NCBI GenBank assembly: GCA_003971905.1
Contig: RSEE01000071.1
Span: 310,001 to 367,604 of the forward strand
Length of the DNA: 57,604 nt
Direction of reading: 5' to 3'
Source: Moniliella sp. 'wahieum'
Lineage: Eukaryota
Shown: in pieces, positions 56,115 to 57,604 of the stretch
Numbering within the stretch: the first letter of the stretch is position 1
Layout: the number at the start of each line of letters is the position of its first letter
The notes under the pieces: generated by a model
Told to the model about the DNA's origin: nothing
The model's input: only the letters and a program-made list of their open reading frames with translations
Database searches by the model: none
Made by a program: the position numbers and the translations under genes

Positions 56115-57604
56115 ATGCCCCCCCCACCCGCCATCCCACGGCCGCACCGGCCTCCTCCACCCCATCGCTCGTCGCCCGCGCTTTCGGCCGTCGTGGCAGC
56201 TCTCCTGAACTTGGACAAGGAAACGCCCTGCTCTTCTGCCTCGCTGCCGCCCCGGGCCTCCTGGCGTGCAGCTGGCCCCATGTCTTTCCCCGGCCCCCCG
56301 CCCTTGTCCCCGCCTGCCGGTCAGCCGCCTGGCTCGCCAGCGACGCCCCCGGTTCCCCACGTTCGCTCGTCTGCACATCATTTCAACCGAGATCGAGCTG
56401 AGCCCCGACTTGCCCCCCGTCCATGTCACCATTCGGCCGTCAGAGTCTGGTACGTGCCCTTCCAATCCCGCTGACGGCCCCTTACCAGCCTGACCCCCTG
56501 CCTGCCTGCTGCTCAGGCGGCTACACCTGCTCGGCCTGCTCGAAATCCTCCCCGATCCCTCATACCGCCATCCGACACGCTCGCGTCTGCAGCCTTCTCA
56601 AGGGCCAGGTTGCCGCCTCGAATTTTCGTGATCCATCATTATCGTCCGCATTGCCCTCGACAAGGTCAACCTGGAGTATTGTCCTCGTCTTCGCTTGCTC
56701 TTCTGCCGCGAATGCCAGTATTTTGTCCCCGAATCCCTTGGCATCTCGTATGTTCAAAGCACGTGGCACTCATGTCGCCCTTGATAAACAGGGTTGTCGC
56801 CGCTAAACGTGCTGCGTACTTGCCTCCCTCGGCGAACCGCTCAGCGACTGAGAGATGTTTCCCCCTTCCTTTATCCTCTCTCGATCTGATTCCATTGGAC
56901 TTCCGAGGCGGTGTGCGCCGAGTGTATGCAAGTGATGAAATGATTCGCCGGCTTCACATGCCCAAAAAACAGGTCACAAGTACAGGATGGTCCTCCTGCC
57001 GGTCAGCGCTTGGCTTTCCAGATCACGCGTGCGATTGCTCCATCTCGGAATCTCCGGAGCCCTGCGTCACTTGCCTCGCCTCCCCGTGCTGTCCAGCAAG
57101 GCCAGAATGCTCTTGATTGGCCTCAGACTCCGTCCAGAATGTGCAGCTGGAAGCAGAAGCCGCGGTGCAGGCGGCGAGGACGCAGGGAACACTGGTTCGG
57201 CTGGCCAGGAAACTGCTATACACGAGAGGTCCGTAGGGGCGTACGAGTCGCTCTTCTAGCCCTTCCGGAATGAGCCGTCCACCAACCCTGAGCCGGATTT
57301 CAGAACGTTGCGCCAGGTCCGACCCGCGCCGTGCGGCCGAATCAACGAGGGCCTTTGAGGAGAGCCATAGACGTTGCCCATCAGGAGCGCTGCCATGGGG
57401 CCACAATTGTCAGCGCTGATTCTTTCACCCGAATCGAGACGAGGAGCAGCGGATGGGGCTCTTTCCGCGCATTTGGCAGTCTCCCGACTCTTTCGTGGCG
57501 TGTCATGATGGCGCTGGCCCAAGCGCGGCAGCTTCCAGGCTTGTCCCGCAGCGACAGCAAGCTGCAGCCACCTTGTTGGCCTGGGCCACTGAGGTCTTGG
57601 ACTA
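56115..57604 (+). CDS. Zinc-finger protein with DUF3505/OrsD-like Cys pattern (partial, runs off window)
   Basis: Intron at 56450-56516 (GTACGT...CTGAC...CAG) joins PSES|GGYTCSACSKSSPIPHTAIRHARVC (C-x2-C-x12-H-x3-C). This is followed by LEYCPRLRLLFCRECQYFVP. Frameshifted; the start could be 56280. Confidence 0.55.

Overview
Eukaryotic (fungal) genomic DNA, most consistent with an intron-poor, GC-rich basidiomycete such as Ustilaginomycotina. This is inferred from short GTACGT/GTGCGT...RCTRAC...YAG introns and gene content. About 22 protein-coding loci are recognisable: SSB-type Hsp70, RVB1, an SNIP1/Pml1 FHA protein, an acid-sphingomyelinase-like phosphoesterase, a coiled-coil protein, a family III CoA-transferase, RPF1, a proline iminopeptidase, MCM4, PUS7, a PLP decarboxylase, YRB1, TFIIIC tau95, PSD1, a small secreted-type protein, RPL28, an Ariadne-like RBR protein, EMP24, a ferric reductase, a half ALDH and a zinc-finger protein running off the right end. 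Almost every gene, including essential ones, carries small indels. I read these as uncorrected long-read assembly errors, so many boundaries are approximate. The most unusual signal is a family of intergenic 7-bp-period arrays built as T-x-A plus a 4-bp palindrome. The inner palindrome varies (at least 12 different ones seen) while the register is kept. Other points of interest are a bacterial-looking intronless CoA-transferase (possible HGT), an Ariadne homologue lacking RING2, two convergent genes sharing one TTAA as both stop codons, a recurring CAACCCTAG promoter motif, and an accessory/subtelomere-like right end. No rRNA, convincing tRNA, CRISPR array or identifiable transposon was found.
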